Positions 9,428 through 20,426 of a DNA stretch of 32,000 nt are shown one piece after another. The translations under genes and the position numbers were made by a program. Source of the DNA: Candidatus Saccharimonadota bacterium (GTDB taxonomy: Bacteria > Patescibacteriota > Saccharimonadia > Saccharimonadales > UBA4665); contig CP064992.1 of assembly GCA_016699935.1 (NCBI GenBank), positions 1,050,001 to 1,082,000 on the forward strand, in the 5' to 3' direction. Below the pieces are notes generated by a model. The model had not been told where the DNA came from. It did not search any database and saw nothing but the letters and a program-made list of their open reading frames with translations. Within the stretch, counting starts at the first letter, position 1. Every line of letters begins with the position of its first letter.

Positions 9428-10669
9428 TTATAGAACGTATGCATCGTATGAGCAATTAGCGCTCAAGTTTTTAATGCCAGTTTTTGTTACAAGCACGTCA
9501 TCTTCAAGTCGAACGCCAATACTTTCTTCGGGTATATACAGCCCTGGCTCACACGTCAAAACCATACCAGGCTCAAGTGGAGCTCGGTAATCTCCGACAT
9601 CATGAACGTCAAGTCCCAGAAAATGTGATGTCGCATGGGGATAGTACCGACGTAGTGCATCATAGTCATCCTTATTGGTGGCCAACCCGAGGCTAACAAG
9701 TGCTTTGCCCATTTCCCGTGCGACTGCTTGTTCATAATCTTTGAGCATTACACCAGGCCCTAGCAACCCAAGAGCCTGCTGCTGGACAGCCTGGACGGCC
9801 GCCAGAACTGCCACCTGGCGTTTTGTGGGTTCAGTCGGGCTGAGCGTCCGCGTAATATCTGCAGCGTAGTTTTCTACCTCTGCACCAACATCGACAACTA
9901 TGAGTTCGTTACGTTCAACTATGCCGTTGTTTGTAACATAGTGTAGCGTCGTGGCGTGATGACCACTTGCGACAATTGGGCTGTAGGCATGCCCGGTGGC
10001 GCCTCGTGAGCGCAAACCGTTCGAAATTGCCGCCTCAAGTTCATATTCGTTCTGAAATGACTTTAACCGCCGCGCAGACCGTATGTCATTGAGTGTATCG
10101 GTAGTAATGCCAACAGCCTCAGCAATCGCCGCCTGCTCACATGGCTGTTTTATAGCGCGAAGTTTTGCTAGATTTGATCGTACATCGGTAAACTGAGCGT
10201 TCCTGGCAATACGTCTCAAGCGCTGCACAAGCTGCCGTCTTGCTGGGTTCACATAAAAAGCAGCTTGTTTATGCCTGACTGGTCCCGGTACGATAGTGGC
10301 GATGGTTGCAGCGTCTTGAAGCTGTGTTTTTAGCCTAGCCCAACCCTCACGTTGGGAAAATACGCTGGCAATACCAGAACGAGCGCTCAGCTCCATAGGA
10401 TTAATTGCGCCGTCGAACACTTCACGAACTGCATCACCCTCTGGCAAAATGAGATATTCACCATCTGCATCCATGACCAGCATGACATCTGGCGCCGCAA
10501 TACCGGTGAGGTACCAGAAGTTTCGGTCTTGTGAAAATGGGTACGTCGTGTCGCCAGTCCGCTGCACAGTCCCCGCTGCCGTAAAAATCGCAATCTCACC
10601 CTTCGAGAGCATGGTTCTCAACTTTTGGCGATTGCCCACAAAGAAATCAGATGAAAAATAGCTTGTCAT
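9428..10669 (-). CDS. pepP: Xaa-Pro aminopeptidase (aminopeptidase P, peptidase M24B family)
   Basis: Intact 413-aa ORF. Metal-ligand regions are present: VVDVGAEVENYAADITRT, HATSHFLGLDVHD, LTCEPGLY, VRLEDDVLVT. Confidence 0.8.
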   Translation of the reverse strand: MTSYFSSDFFVGNRQKLRTMLSKGEIAIFTAAGTVQRTGDTTYPFSQDRNFWYLTGIAAPDVMLVMDADGEYLILPEGDAVREVFDGAINPMELSARSGIASVFSQREGWARLKTQLQDAATIATIVPGPVRHKQAAFYVNPARRQLVQRLRRIARNAQFTDVRSNLAKLRAIKQPCEQAAIAEAVGITTDTLNDIRSARRLKSFQNEYELEAAISNGLRSRGATGHAYSPIVASGHHATTLHYVTNNGIVERNELIVVDVGAEVENYAADITRTLSPTEPTKRQVAVLAAVQAVQQQALGLLGPGVMLKDYEQAVAREMGKALVSLGLATNKDDYDALRRYYPHATSHFLGLDVHDVGDYRAPLEPGMVLTCEPGLYIPEESIGVRLEDDVLVTKTGIKNLSANCSYDAYVL

Positions 10670-10723
10670 GTATCTGAGCGTACCATAAATGAAGTGAAAA
10701 GCTGCTACCTAGCCTGAGTTCGA

Positions 10724-10877
10724 CATAACTGTCGACCTCAGAAGTGGAGGGCTCGCCCTCCCCACTTTTGGCTGGAGTAAGTCCAGCCAAAAAGTTCCCC
10801 CCCCTAAAGGCGCCGCTCTCGCATCGCTGCTGACGGCGAGTAGGGCCTTTGTAGTATGCTCATGTCGAATTGAGGTT
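10724..10877. repeat. about 155-bp structured intergenic element with terminal inverted repeats (MITE-like or ncRNA); class unknown
   Basis: The ends CCTGAGTTCGACAT (10724..) and ATGTCGAATTGAGG (..10877) pair at 12 of 14 positions. Internal perfect hairpins are CTTTTGGCTGGA-GTAAG-TCCAGCCAAAAG and GGAGGG-CTCG-CCCTCC. A C8 run is present. TACCTA is found on both flanks. Confidence 0.4.
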
Positions 10878-12099
10878 ACCTAAGGCGTGTTAATCGCCAC
10901 CATAAGGTCGGACCTTCTGCGGGTTTTGCAATCTCTAACGTTGTACTAGCTTGCACCTCGCCTGCGCGTACAGCAAGTGCACCGACGCTATCGGCTACGG
11001 TAGCTCGCGTAGACAGAACAGTATGTTGCTCACTTACGGCTGTCGCCTTCCATCGCACAAGCTCAATGCTCCGCGTGTCCGAACTGGGGTGCTACTACCC
11101 CATGCAGTACGTGCAACACCAACAACTTGGCCGGGTTGTGTGTATGGCACCACTTCAAAATTTAACCCTGTACTAGCTACCAGCGCTTCAGACGCTTCGA
11201 TAGCAGCCGCAAGCGACGATGCGCCCATAACACTGCCGGTAAGCTGAACTGTGGTGTTGCCTGTCGGAATATCTGCTGTAAACAACAATGCACCAGGGTT
11301 TTGGTCATTGTTTCCAGTTTTCAGTCCGTTTATACCATGGTTGCCAAGCGCCGTGTTGTAGTTTGCGTAGGTACCTAATTCCCCAAACGATACGTTTTCT
11401 TGGCCGGCGATGCTCATGAGTACAGCATTTTTCGAGCCAAAATGCCCAACCGTGCTAAGTCTTCTGCCGTGCTGACTGTGGATGGATCATAGCCACTAGC
11501 GTCATTGCCAACACGCGTATGGATGAGGCCGTTACGCTCAAGGTAATTATTGGCGTACGCAGCGTATGTTGCATGGTCTCCAAAGCCCACAGCACAAGGC
11601 TATCAGCAACGTTATTCGCCGAGGGAACCATTATGGCCTCCAACGCTTGTCGCTCAGTTAACGTTTGCCCTTCAGTGATAGCGAGCCGCGAGCCGTTTTG
11701 TTCAATTTGTTTTGGTATATGCTCACATCCCGGGCGCTCATGGTCAAAGTAGGTCCCGGCTCATTCCGTTGATTGGATGTTTCTCGAGCACACAGAGTGC
11801 TGTGATAACCTTGGCTATACTAGCTGTCGCAAGCGGTTGCTGATTACCGTGCAGTGCCAATATACCGTAGCCATCAGCTGCTAACGATGCTTGCCCGCCA
11901 GCTGGCCAAGTCAGCTGGGGCGCGTTACTTTGGGGTAGCCGGGGAAATGAAAATGTTATGTTCGCATTAGGCAATGGTCGCAGCAATTGTAGCAGTACCA
12001 CGCTAGCAACACCGATTCCTATACTAAACCAGCGCCCAGTATGACGTTTGGCGCGTTTTTGGGTGGTGGTTGATGAGACGATACCTGAACAAGACGCAT
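10876..12099 (-). pseudogene. D-alanyl-D-alanine carboxypeptidase (peptidase S11, PBP5-like); at least 6 frameshifts
   Basis: Colinear fragments run from ATG 12099 (MRLVQVSSHQPPPK..). They contain SxxK (ATASIAKVITAL, ORF 11744..12001), SxN (MVPSANNVADSL, ORF 11455..11643) and KTG (NGLKTGNNDQNPGALL, ORF 11034..11417), plus the tail ORF 10876..11058. The linking segments read in alternate frames (for example FGDHATYAAYANNYLERNGLIHTRVGNDASGYDPSTVSTAEDLARLG). Confidence 0.75.
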
Positions 12100-12382
12100 A
12101 TGGCTTACTATACTAGACTGACGCGGGAATCGCATTTACATCAACCTTGTCTAGGTGTAATTGTAGAAACTACTTTACGTGGAGGATCAGGAAACCAATG
12201 CTCCACAGACAAAAAGAGCTCATCGACTCTCCTAGCGAGGTTGAGACGATGGGCAGCCCCTGCGTCAGTCGAGTCTTACATCGTCATTGTCACTCCTGCC
12301 AGGCATAAGCTATACTACTACTCAAGGAGTGATGGCAGCACAGGTTACGATGAAATGACCGAAGCTAGCCGAATTACAACGT

Positions 12383-13361
12383 ATGGCAAAAGGCCAAAAC
12401 AAAACGAAGCATGTCTCCGCCAGCAAGCCACAGCAAGCGAAGCCTCGGACGAGAACATTAGCAGCCACAAAGCGTACCTGGTATAAGCCACGAACTTGGC
12501 AACGTCCAAAACCATCGCGCCCCCGCCTTCCAAAAGCGAGTGTAATTTTGCGTGCTTCCCTGAAGCGATTGCAGGAAAGCAAGCGCGCAATATTTGGTGT
12601 CACTGCCGTCTATGGGCTCGGGGTTATCATACTCGTTCGTGGGTTTTCGGCGAGTCAAGATTTTGAAACGCTACGCGTGCTTCTAGATAGCCTGCTGACT
12701 GGGTCTGTTGGTAAGCTCAAGAGCGTTGCCCTGCAGCTCACCTTCTTATTTGGCGGCGGCGGGAGTAACAATACTCTGCCCAACGCAAGCTTGTACCAGA
12801 CCATTTTGCTTATAGTTTGCAGCCTTGCGCTCATATGGGTATTTCGGCAAAAGCAAGCACGGGCAGCCGTGTCGACCAAACAAGCATTTTACCAGGGTAT
12901 GTACCCACTCATTCCATTTCTGCTCGTTGTGTTTATCATCGGTCTGCAAGTCTTGCCTCTAGCTATAGGTTCTTACTTGTACAACGCACTGGTCAATAAC
13001 GGCATCGTCGTGCATTTTTGGGAACAGCTGCTGGCTCTCGGTGTGTTCCTTCTCGGCGCATTGTGGACATTCCGCATGATTACCGCTTCCATGTTCGCCA
13101 TGTACATCGTCACTCTACCTGATATGGCACCACTGCGAGCCATGCGCAGCGCAAAAGAACTTGTTCGTGGTAGGAGGCTTATGATCTGGCGCAAACTCCT
13201 CCTCCTTCCGGTAGTACTATTTCTTGGCACCACTATCGCTGTTTTACCCTTCCTCCTTTTTTTGACGTCACTCACTGTTTGGGTGTTCTTCCTACTTTCT
13301 ACTGCATGGTTCGCCATCATACATAGCTACTTCTACACGCTGTACCGGGAACTCCTTAACA

Positions 13362-13369
<8 letters not shown>
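12383..13369 (+). CDS. multi-pass membrane protein with a basic N-terminal tail, function unknown
   Basis: Intact 328-aa ORF with a Lys/Arg/Pro-rich first 60 aa followed by about 6 hydrophobic helices. Its stop overlaps the ligA start (ATGGCTAG). Confidence 0.65.
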
Positions 13370-15374
<2,005 letters not shown>

Positions 15375-15378
<4 letters not shown>

Positions 15379-15923
15379 CACATTTACCAGTCTTTATAAC
15401 CAGTAATCAACATAAAGCTGATTACTTGAATCGCCAGCTTGGACTAAAAGTTGAACATATACCACTGGAACTTGACGAGATTCAATCTGTCAACCTGCAC
15501 CTAGTTGTTTCACACAAGCTCATGCAAGCATACAAAATAGTGGGAAAACCAGTAATAGTTGAGGACGTAAGCCTGGTTTTTAGTGCACTTAATGGGTTGC
15601 CCGGTCCGTTCATCAAGTGGTTTATTGAGCATGCTGGCGCAGAGGCTTGTTGTCGCATGCTCGACGGTTTTAGCGATAGATCAGCCGTCATTACATGCAC
15701 CTATGGTTATTATGACGGGAGTGAGATCGTCTATTTTGATAGCGAGATGAAGGGTATGATTAGCAAGCACCCGAGAGGGGCAAACGGTTTTGGCTTTGAC
15801 AGAATTTTTGTGATGGACGGTGACACGCGAACCCGCGCCGAGTTGCCACAAGATGAAGTGGAGAAAACTTATGCTGACCAAATGAAACCATTCAAACAAG
15901 TCAGCGACTACTTAAGATCGTAA
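15375..15923 (+). CDS. non-canonical purine NTP pyrophosphatase (HAM1/ITPase/RdgB family)
   Basis: Intact 182-aa ORF: FITSNQHKADYL, EDVSLVFSALNGLPGPFIKWF, GANGFGFDRIF. Its start overlaps the ligA stop (ATGA). Confidence 0.75.
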
Positions 15924-15972
15924 ATATAATCAATTAGTAAAATATATCCGAATATACTATGCTAAAACCATA

Positions 15973-16674
15973 ATGCTAAAATCAAAAACTACACAGTTCA
16001 ACTGTTTTTCACCGCCAGTGATGTTGGCAACTTTTTTGATAGAAATAGGCCTTGCCACGTGGACGCTATGGCGATACCGGCAAACACTATTGGTTAAGCT
16101 TGTGACTGCAATTTTAGTTTGTCTTGCGGTGTTTCAACTGGCCGAGTTCACTATTTGCGAAAATATGTTCGGTTTGTCGGGTATTACTTGGGCTAGAATT
16201 GGCTACGTGGCTATTACAGCTCTACCAGCGCTTGGTATTCATGCCTTGGCAACGATTGCTGGGCGTAAAGCAAGGTTGCTTGTTTGGGTGTCTTATGCAG
16301 CAATGTTAGCCTTTATGGGTTATTTTGCCTTCGTTGGGCATGGTATAACTGCGACTACTTGTGGTGGCAATTATGTAATATTTAAAACTAATGCCGCTGC
16401 CACATTGTGGTACGCCTACTATTATTACGGACTAGAGTTAATTACTCTTTTCGCGGCTGTCTATTTTGCTATAAAGTCTGGCAATCGTCGTACAAAACAA
16501 GCACTGTACGGGTTAACGCTCGCCTATTCTACCCTTCTTGTACCGACGGCAACTGTCAATATCCTAAACGACGAGCTGATTCATGCCGTACCAAGCATAA
16601 TGTGTGGTTTTGCTGTGTTTTTGGCACTAATCGTGACACTGTATGTATTACCACGATCCGCCGAAGTAAAATGA
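15973..16674 (+). CDS. polytopic membrane protein (about 7 TM), function unknown
   Basis: Intact 233-aa ORF that is hydrophobic throughout. I recognise no catalytic motif. Confidence 0.6.
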   Translation: MLKSKTTQFNCFSPPVMLATFLIEIGLATWTLWRYRQTLLVKLVTAILVCLAVFQLAEFTICENMFGLSGITWARIGYVAITALPALGIHALATIAGRKARLLVWVSYAAMLAFMGYFAFVGHGITATTCGGNYVIFKTNAAATLWYAYYYYGLELITLFAAVYFAIKSGNRRTKQALYGLTLAYSTLLVPTATVNILNDELIHAVPSIMCGFAVFLALIVTLYVLPRSAEVK

Positions 16675-16870
16675 CATGCCAGCTGCATTGACAGTTACGG
16701 CCATAGAGATTATGCTTATGTTAGTTCGTGCGCTAATTGCGGCGTTTGAAACAAACACCTTACAAATACAAACAGGAATTGTGCCGGCAGCATGAGCCAC
16801 AAGTTTTTATGCTGAGCGGTCGTCTCTCTTGAAGACGCTTCACCCGCCGCGGGTGGGCGCGCACGAAACA

Positions 16871-16897
16871 AAAAACGGGTCAGAGCACCCGTTTTTT
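16871..16897. terminator. bidirectional rho-independent terminator between convergent genes
   Basis: AAAAA-ACGGGT-CAGAGC-ACCCGT-TTTTT. It lies between the + strand membrane protein gene and the - strand HAD gene. Confidence 0.55.
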
Positions 16898-17060
16898 GGT
16901 ATATACACTATCTGCAACTTGCTAGCGGTGTCTGCTTAGATCGTTTTGTTATCTAGTTAGACCTGAGTAAATATACTGACCCTACCTAACAGCAGAGTCA
17001 TTTTTTATGTCAACGTTTTTATAAATACTGATAAAACTTATTACTCTATTGATGAAAATG

Positions 17061-17819
17061 CTATTTAAACTGATCAGAAACGGAGTTAAAAATTAGATCC
17101 GCAAGACCATCTTCATCAACACTTTTACATACAAAATCAGCTTGCGATTTCAATAAGTCAGTGGCATTGCCCATGGCAACTTTCATGCCGACTCCACGAA
17201 ATAGATGGACATCGTTATTACCGTCGCCAACACCCATTGTCTCATCTCTGGAAATGCCAAGCATCGTTAAAAGTTCAGCGATTGCATGCTCTTTCGTAGC
17301 TAGCTTATTAGTAATATGGATATCTAGGCCCTCACCAGTCCAAGACAATACTCCTGCGGCTGTGATTCCTGAAATATCGTCTAGTTGTTTGAGTAGTTCC
17401 GAGCCCTTTTCCGAACAATGCATAGCGTACATAACATTAATGGGCCCCTCTAAATTACGGGATCTTGCTGGTGCGCCTTCACCCAGCAGCTCATTCCGGA
17501 CTAAAATTTCAAAATCGTAAGGCTTACATAGCTTCAACACCGCCTGGACATCTTTGGGGTCAATCAGGATTTCCCAAACTACTTCGTCAGTGTGGGGATT
17601 GATTATTTGGGTGCCGGCAGAAATAATGCACGGTTCATCAAGATTTAATTTATCTAGGATTGGTTTGGCATTTGTTATGGGTCGTCCTGTCGCAGCGGAT
17701 AACCGAATGAATTCTTTTGAATCGGCTATAGTTTGGACTAGTCTATTAGAGGGTAGTCCGTTTGGTATATTTGGAATCGCTGTACCGTCTAGATCAAAGA
17801 TTATTAGCTTTGGTTTCAT
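17061..17819 (-). CDS. HAD-superfamily hydrolase, Cof-type (HAD-IIB) phosphatase
   Basis: Intact 252-aa ORF. Motif I is IIFDLDGTAI, followed by SAATGRP, and the C-terminal motif is GVGDGNNDVHLF. Confidence 0.75.
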   Translation of the reverse strand: MKPKLIIFDLDGTAIPNIPNGLPSNRLVQTIADSKEFIRLSAATGRPITNAKPILDKLNLDEPCIISAGTQIINPHTDEVVWEILIDPKDVQAVLKLCKPYDFEILVRNELLGEGAPARSRNLEGPINVMYAMHCSEKGSELLKQLDDISGITAAGVLSWTGEGLDIHITNKLATKEHAIAELLTMLGISRDETMGVGDGNNDVHLFRGVGMKVAMGNATDLLKSQADFVCKSVDEDGLADLIFNSVSDQFK

Positions 17820-18023
17820 TGAACTAATAATACCAGTTTTTAACGATTGTGAGATAGGTATAGCATATTTCTAACATGACAATAAACATTTATCATAAGG
17901 GGCTCAAGGAGTTGAACTATTCAACAGGGGTAAGAAAATCCAGGAAAACAAAATGATCACATTCGAAAATGTGATCAACTGAGGTGAATAGTTCTATCAT
18001 ATTCAAAATGACACCGTTCTCAA

Positions 18024-18044
18024 TTCGTGGCAGGTGCTCTTGGA
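18024..18044. repeat. degenerate copy of the tRNA-Trp 3' end and flank (18 of 21 positions); candidate distal att remnant
   Basis: TTCGTGGCAGGtGCtCtTGGA at 18024..18044 versus TTCGTGGCAGGGGCACGTGGA at 20605..20625. The first 11 nt are identical. Confidence 0.4.
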
Positions 18045-18185
18045 CGATTACCGAACTTATTGTGATGTAATAGGTATTTATGAGATGAAGGAATACGATG
18101 AAGAATATCTATCATGGAGAGATGGTTAGATTTGTACTGCTAAGAAATACTGCGTAAGAGTATAATTCAATGTATAAGAGGAAGT

Positions 18186-18791
18186 ATGGCGTTACCGAAG
18201 TATAAAGAAGTAAAAGCAATCATCGAGAAGAGAGTTTCACGGCGTTTTCACGATGTCTCCAGACTGGAGATGCGGCCATTCAACGAATCGCCGAGCTTTA
18301 TTCAACATGCAGGAAAACTTTAATACACAACACCCTAGACAACCAAGAATCTAAAAGACTATAAGTTACAAAATGGCCGAGGCTAAACATATAATTGAAC
18401 ACTCAAAAATACCAGATATGACACCTGAGGAAGTGTTTGTGATAGTCGACGAAATGGCTAAGGAAATAGGTAGCCAGATGGCTAAATATCAATTTGAGGT
18501 TCTTAATAAGACAATTGAGGAGACGGGCAATAGTGTTGACGCAAAAGGCCAAAAGCTTAGTCCTGAATTATTTCTGGAGACGATCAGTATGATGAGTATT
18601 TCCTTTGATAAGGATGGAAATCCGAAGCTACCAACAATTGTAATCAGCCCAAAGACAGCCGACCAATGGAAACGCGTAATGTCTGGAAGCGGAAGCAGAC
18701 CCAGAACACAAGAAAAAAATTTGATGCGATTATAGCGCAGAAAAAGAAGGATTTCGATGCAGAGCAAGCTAGTAGAAAACTGGTTGACTAA
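18186..18791 (+). pseudogene. hypothetical protein (about 200 aa), first gene of the islet cassette; about 4 frameshifts
   Basis: GAGGA RBS followed by ATG 18186. The frames read MALPKYKEVKAIIEKRV.. / ..FSRCLQTGDAAIQRIAELYSTCRKTLIHNTLDNQESK / KTISYK-MAEAKHIIEHS...ADQWKRVMS (ORF 18373..18735) / EAEADPEHKKK / FDAIIAQKKKDFDAEQASRKLVD*, with the stop at 18789..18791. Shifts fall at the A4 run at 18353..18356, GG at 18685..18686 and the A7 run at 18713..18719. The N-terminal joins are the least certain. Confidence 0.4.
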
Positions 18792-20337
18792 CGCCGGCGA
18801 ACTCACATACACAGCACCCTTCGTTCAGTTGCTTATTAACGAAGGGTACACGGTTTTGCAAGCAAAAGGTGGTCCCACAGAACAGGGCAAGGATATTATT
18901 GCGCGAGACACAAATGGGAATATTCACTGTTATCAGCTCAAACATGGGAGTATTGGCAGTAGCGATTGGCAGCAATATCGGGCTCAATTAGACGACCTTA
19001 CCGAAATTCCACCAAAACACCCTTCGATTCCAGCGAATTTGACTTCATGGCAGTGTCATCTAGTCACTAATGGTGATATTACTGGTCAAACATCAATTAC
19101 TATTGTCGATTATTCTAAGGCCAGAAGTAAAAAAGGTAATATGGCACTGCAAACGACCTCAAAAGAGGAGCTGTTACGACGATTCACCGACTCATTTGGC
19201 AGATTTTTCCCGATAGAGCCAAATGATATACGTGTATTCTTCGAGCTATTCTGTGATGACGGTGATAACACTCTAAAACGAAGTGAATTCAAATTGCTTT
19301 TTGAACATTACCTCAGCGAATTTGACGTTAAGAGATCAAAGCAAAAAAAGCTAGAATCTATCCAAGCTGCACCGATTCTCACAAGTTACCTGCTAACCAA
19401 TAAATATGCTAAAGAAAACTACACTGCTTTAATAGATGCATGGGTACTAATGCTGCTGACAATACTGCACTACGCAGCTAAATGGTCACTCGATGAAAAG
19501 AAATACGCTGCAACAGAAAGCCTAATACTTGACGAGATAGACAGACTAATTTCTTGTCTATTTAATGATGTCGCAACAGATGACAATAATCTGGTAGATG
19601 CATCCTATGGTCTGTTCTCCGAACCGATAATGACATACAAGCTAAGGTGCGCGGAATTGCTTGGCTATATATCTGCAGCAGTCAATTATTCCTCCTTGTC
19701 GGGTCGAGCTTTGCCTGTTGTGGACGTAGTTTTGGCGGAGAAAATGGCGCAAATGCACCAGAAAAAGATCGTGATTAGTGAGGCAGGATTATCATTCCAA
19801 TTCAACTATATCCTGGCATCTGCCATACATGGCAAGGAAACAGCTACTGTCGCCGAACTTATCAGGCTGGTGGATGGTGTACTATCCGCGCATGTTGATG
19901 AGGGAGATGGTCTTTTAAGCCCTTACTACACTACCGAACAAGCTGTGGCAAATATGCTTGATGTGGGTGAACCGATTGACGAGACGTTTAATAATCGGAG
20001 TTACATGCTTTGGCCTGCAGTACTATTACTCGCCAAATACGACCAACGTGACTTCTTGAATGATCGATGGCAGGTTCTTTCCGAAATCTCAATGGAGGAG
20101 ATTGTTGCACATGACTCAAATGATCTGCTACTTTGGAGGATCAAAAATGCAGACCTGTTAGACACTTTTCCAAACTCAGCGCAATCATGGGCAAGCCTAA
20201 GAGCGATAGCGACTAAGTCGTATGACAACGATATACCGGCTATCTTACTCAAACGCAAATATCTCATCCCGCTTTGGGTGTTAGCGATGCCGCACAGACT
20301 AACACCAAATGTCATATTGTCACTGGTGAATAAGTAA
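18757..20337 (+). CDS. Mrr-like PD-(D/E)xK nuclease N-terminal domain fused to an uncharacterised, mostly helical region of about 400 aa
   Basis: Intact 526-aa ORF. The N-terminus FVQLLINEGYTVLQAKGGPTEQGKDIIARDTNGNIHCYQLKHG...HLVTNGDIT matches the Mrr_cat layout (core D in GKDIIA, QxK in YQLK). I saw no P-loop or other known motif downstream. The start lies 35 nt inside the preceding gene. Confidence 0.6.
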   Translation: MQSKLVENWLTNAGELTYTAPFVQLLINEGYTVLQAKGGPTEQGKDIIARDTNGNIHCYQLKHGSIGSSDWQQYRAQLDDLTEIPPKHPSIPANLTSWQCHLVTNGDITGQTSITIVDYSKARSKKGNMALQTTSKEELLRRFTDSFGRFFPIEPNDIRVFFELFCDDGDNTLKRSEFKLLFEHYLSEFDVKRSKQKKLESIQAAPILTSYLLTNKYAKENYTALIDAWVLMLLTILHYAAKWSLDEKKYAATESLILDEIDRLISCLFNDVATDDNNLVDASYGLFSEPIMTYKLRCAELLGYISAAVNYSSLSGRALPVVDVVLAEKMAQMHQKKIVISEAGLSFQFNYILASAIHGKETATVAELIRLVDGVLSAHVDEGDGLLSPYYTTEQAVANMLDVGEPIDETFNNRSYMLWPAVLLLAKYDQRDFLNDRWQVLSEISMEEIVAHDSNDLLLWRIKNADLLDTFPNSAQSWASLRAIATKSYDNDIPAILLKRKYLIPLWVLAMPHRLTPNVILSLVNK

Positions 20338-20426
20338 CTTTAACCGAACTATCTTAACAGGTGGCAAAAATAAGAATAAAAATAACCGAACCTGAATTAC
20401 AGATTCAAAAATCATTTTGTCCGACT

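Noticed and set aside
10724-10877. Whether the structured elements at 10724..10877 or 1705..1851 are SRP RNA, 6S RNA, RNase P RNA or tmRNA.
   Set aside because: Neither contains the SRP helix-8 consensus (GGUCCGGAAGGAAGCAGCC-like), the RNase P P4 core (GAGGAAAGUCCGGGC), a tmRNA tag ORF with a tRNA-like end, or a 6S-type long rod with a central bubble. Both are also too short for RNase P or tmRNA.
12070-12486. 138-aa + strand ORF, together with a 36-aa Cys/His-rich ORF (12198..12308, MLHRQKELIDSPSEVETMGSPCVSRVLHRHCHSCQA) in the divergent intergenic region.
   Set aside because: The long ORF overlaps the carboxypeptidase start and the real start of the membrane protein, and its composition is unprotein-like. 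The short ORF has only a distant GGAGGA (11 nt away) and no other support.
12322-13320. Several antisense ORFs (12322..12603, 12345..12590, 12655..12879, 12973..13320 and others) opposite the 328-aa membrane protein. Similar shadow ORFs lie opposite ligA, zwf, GH57, GH15, the FAD oxidase and the SBP gene.
   Set aside because: They are mutually overlapping, Arg/Ser/Cys-rich and motif-free, and they lie opposite ORFs with clear homology-type motifs. These are typical shadow ORFs.
16676-16795. 39-aa hydrophobic ORF (MPAALTVTAIEIMLMLVRALIAAFETNTLQIQTGIVPAA) immediately after the 233-aa membrane protein.
   Set aside because: It is plausible as a small membrane peptide (its ATG is 2 nt after the upstream stop). 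However, it has no RBS or other evidence and is too short to call from sequence alone.
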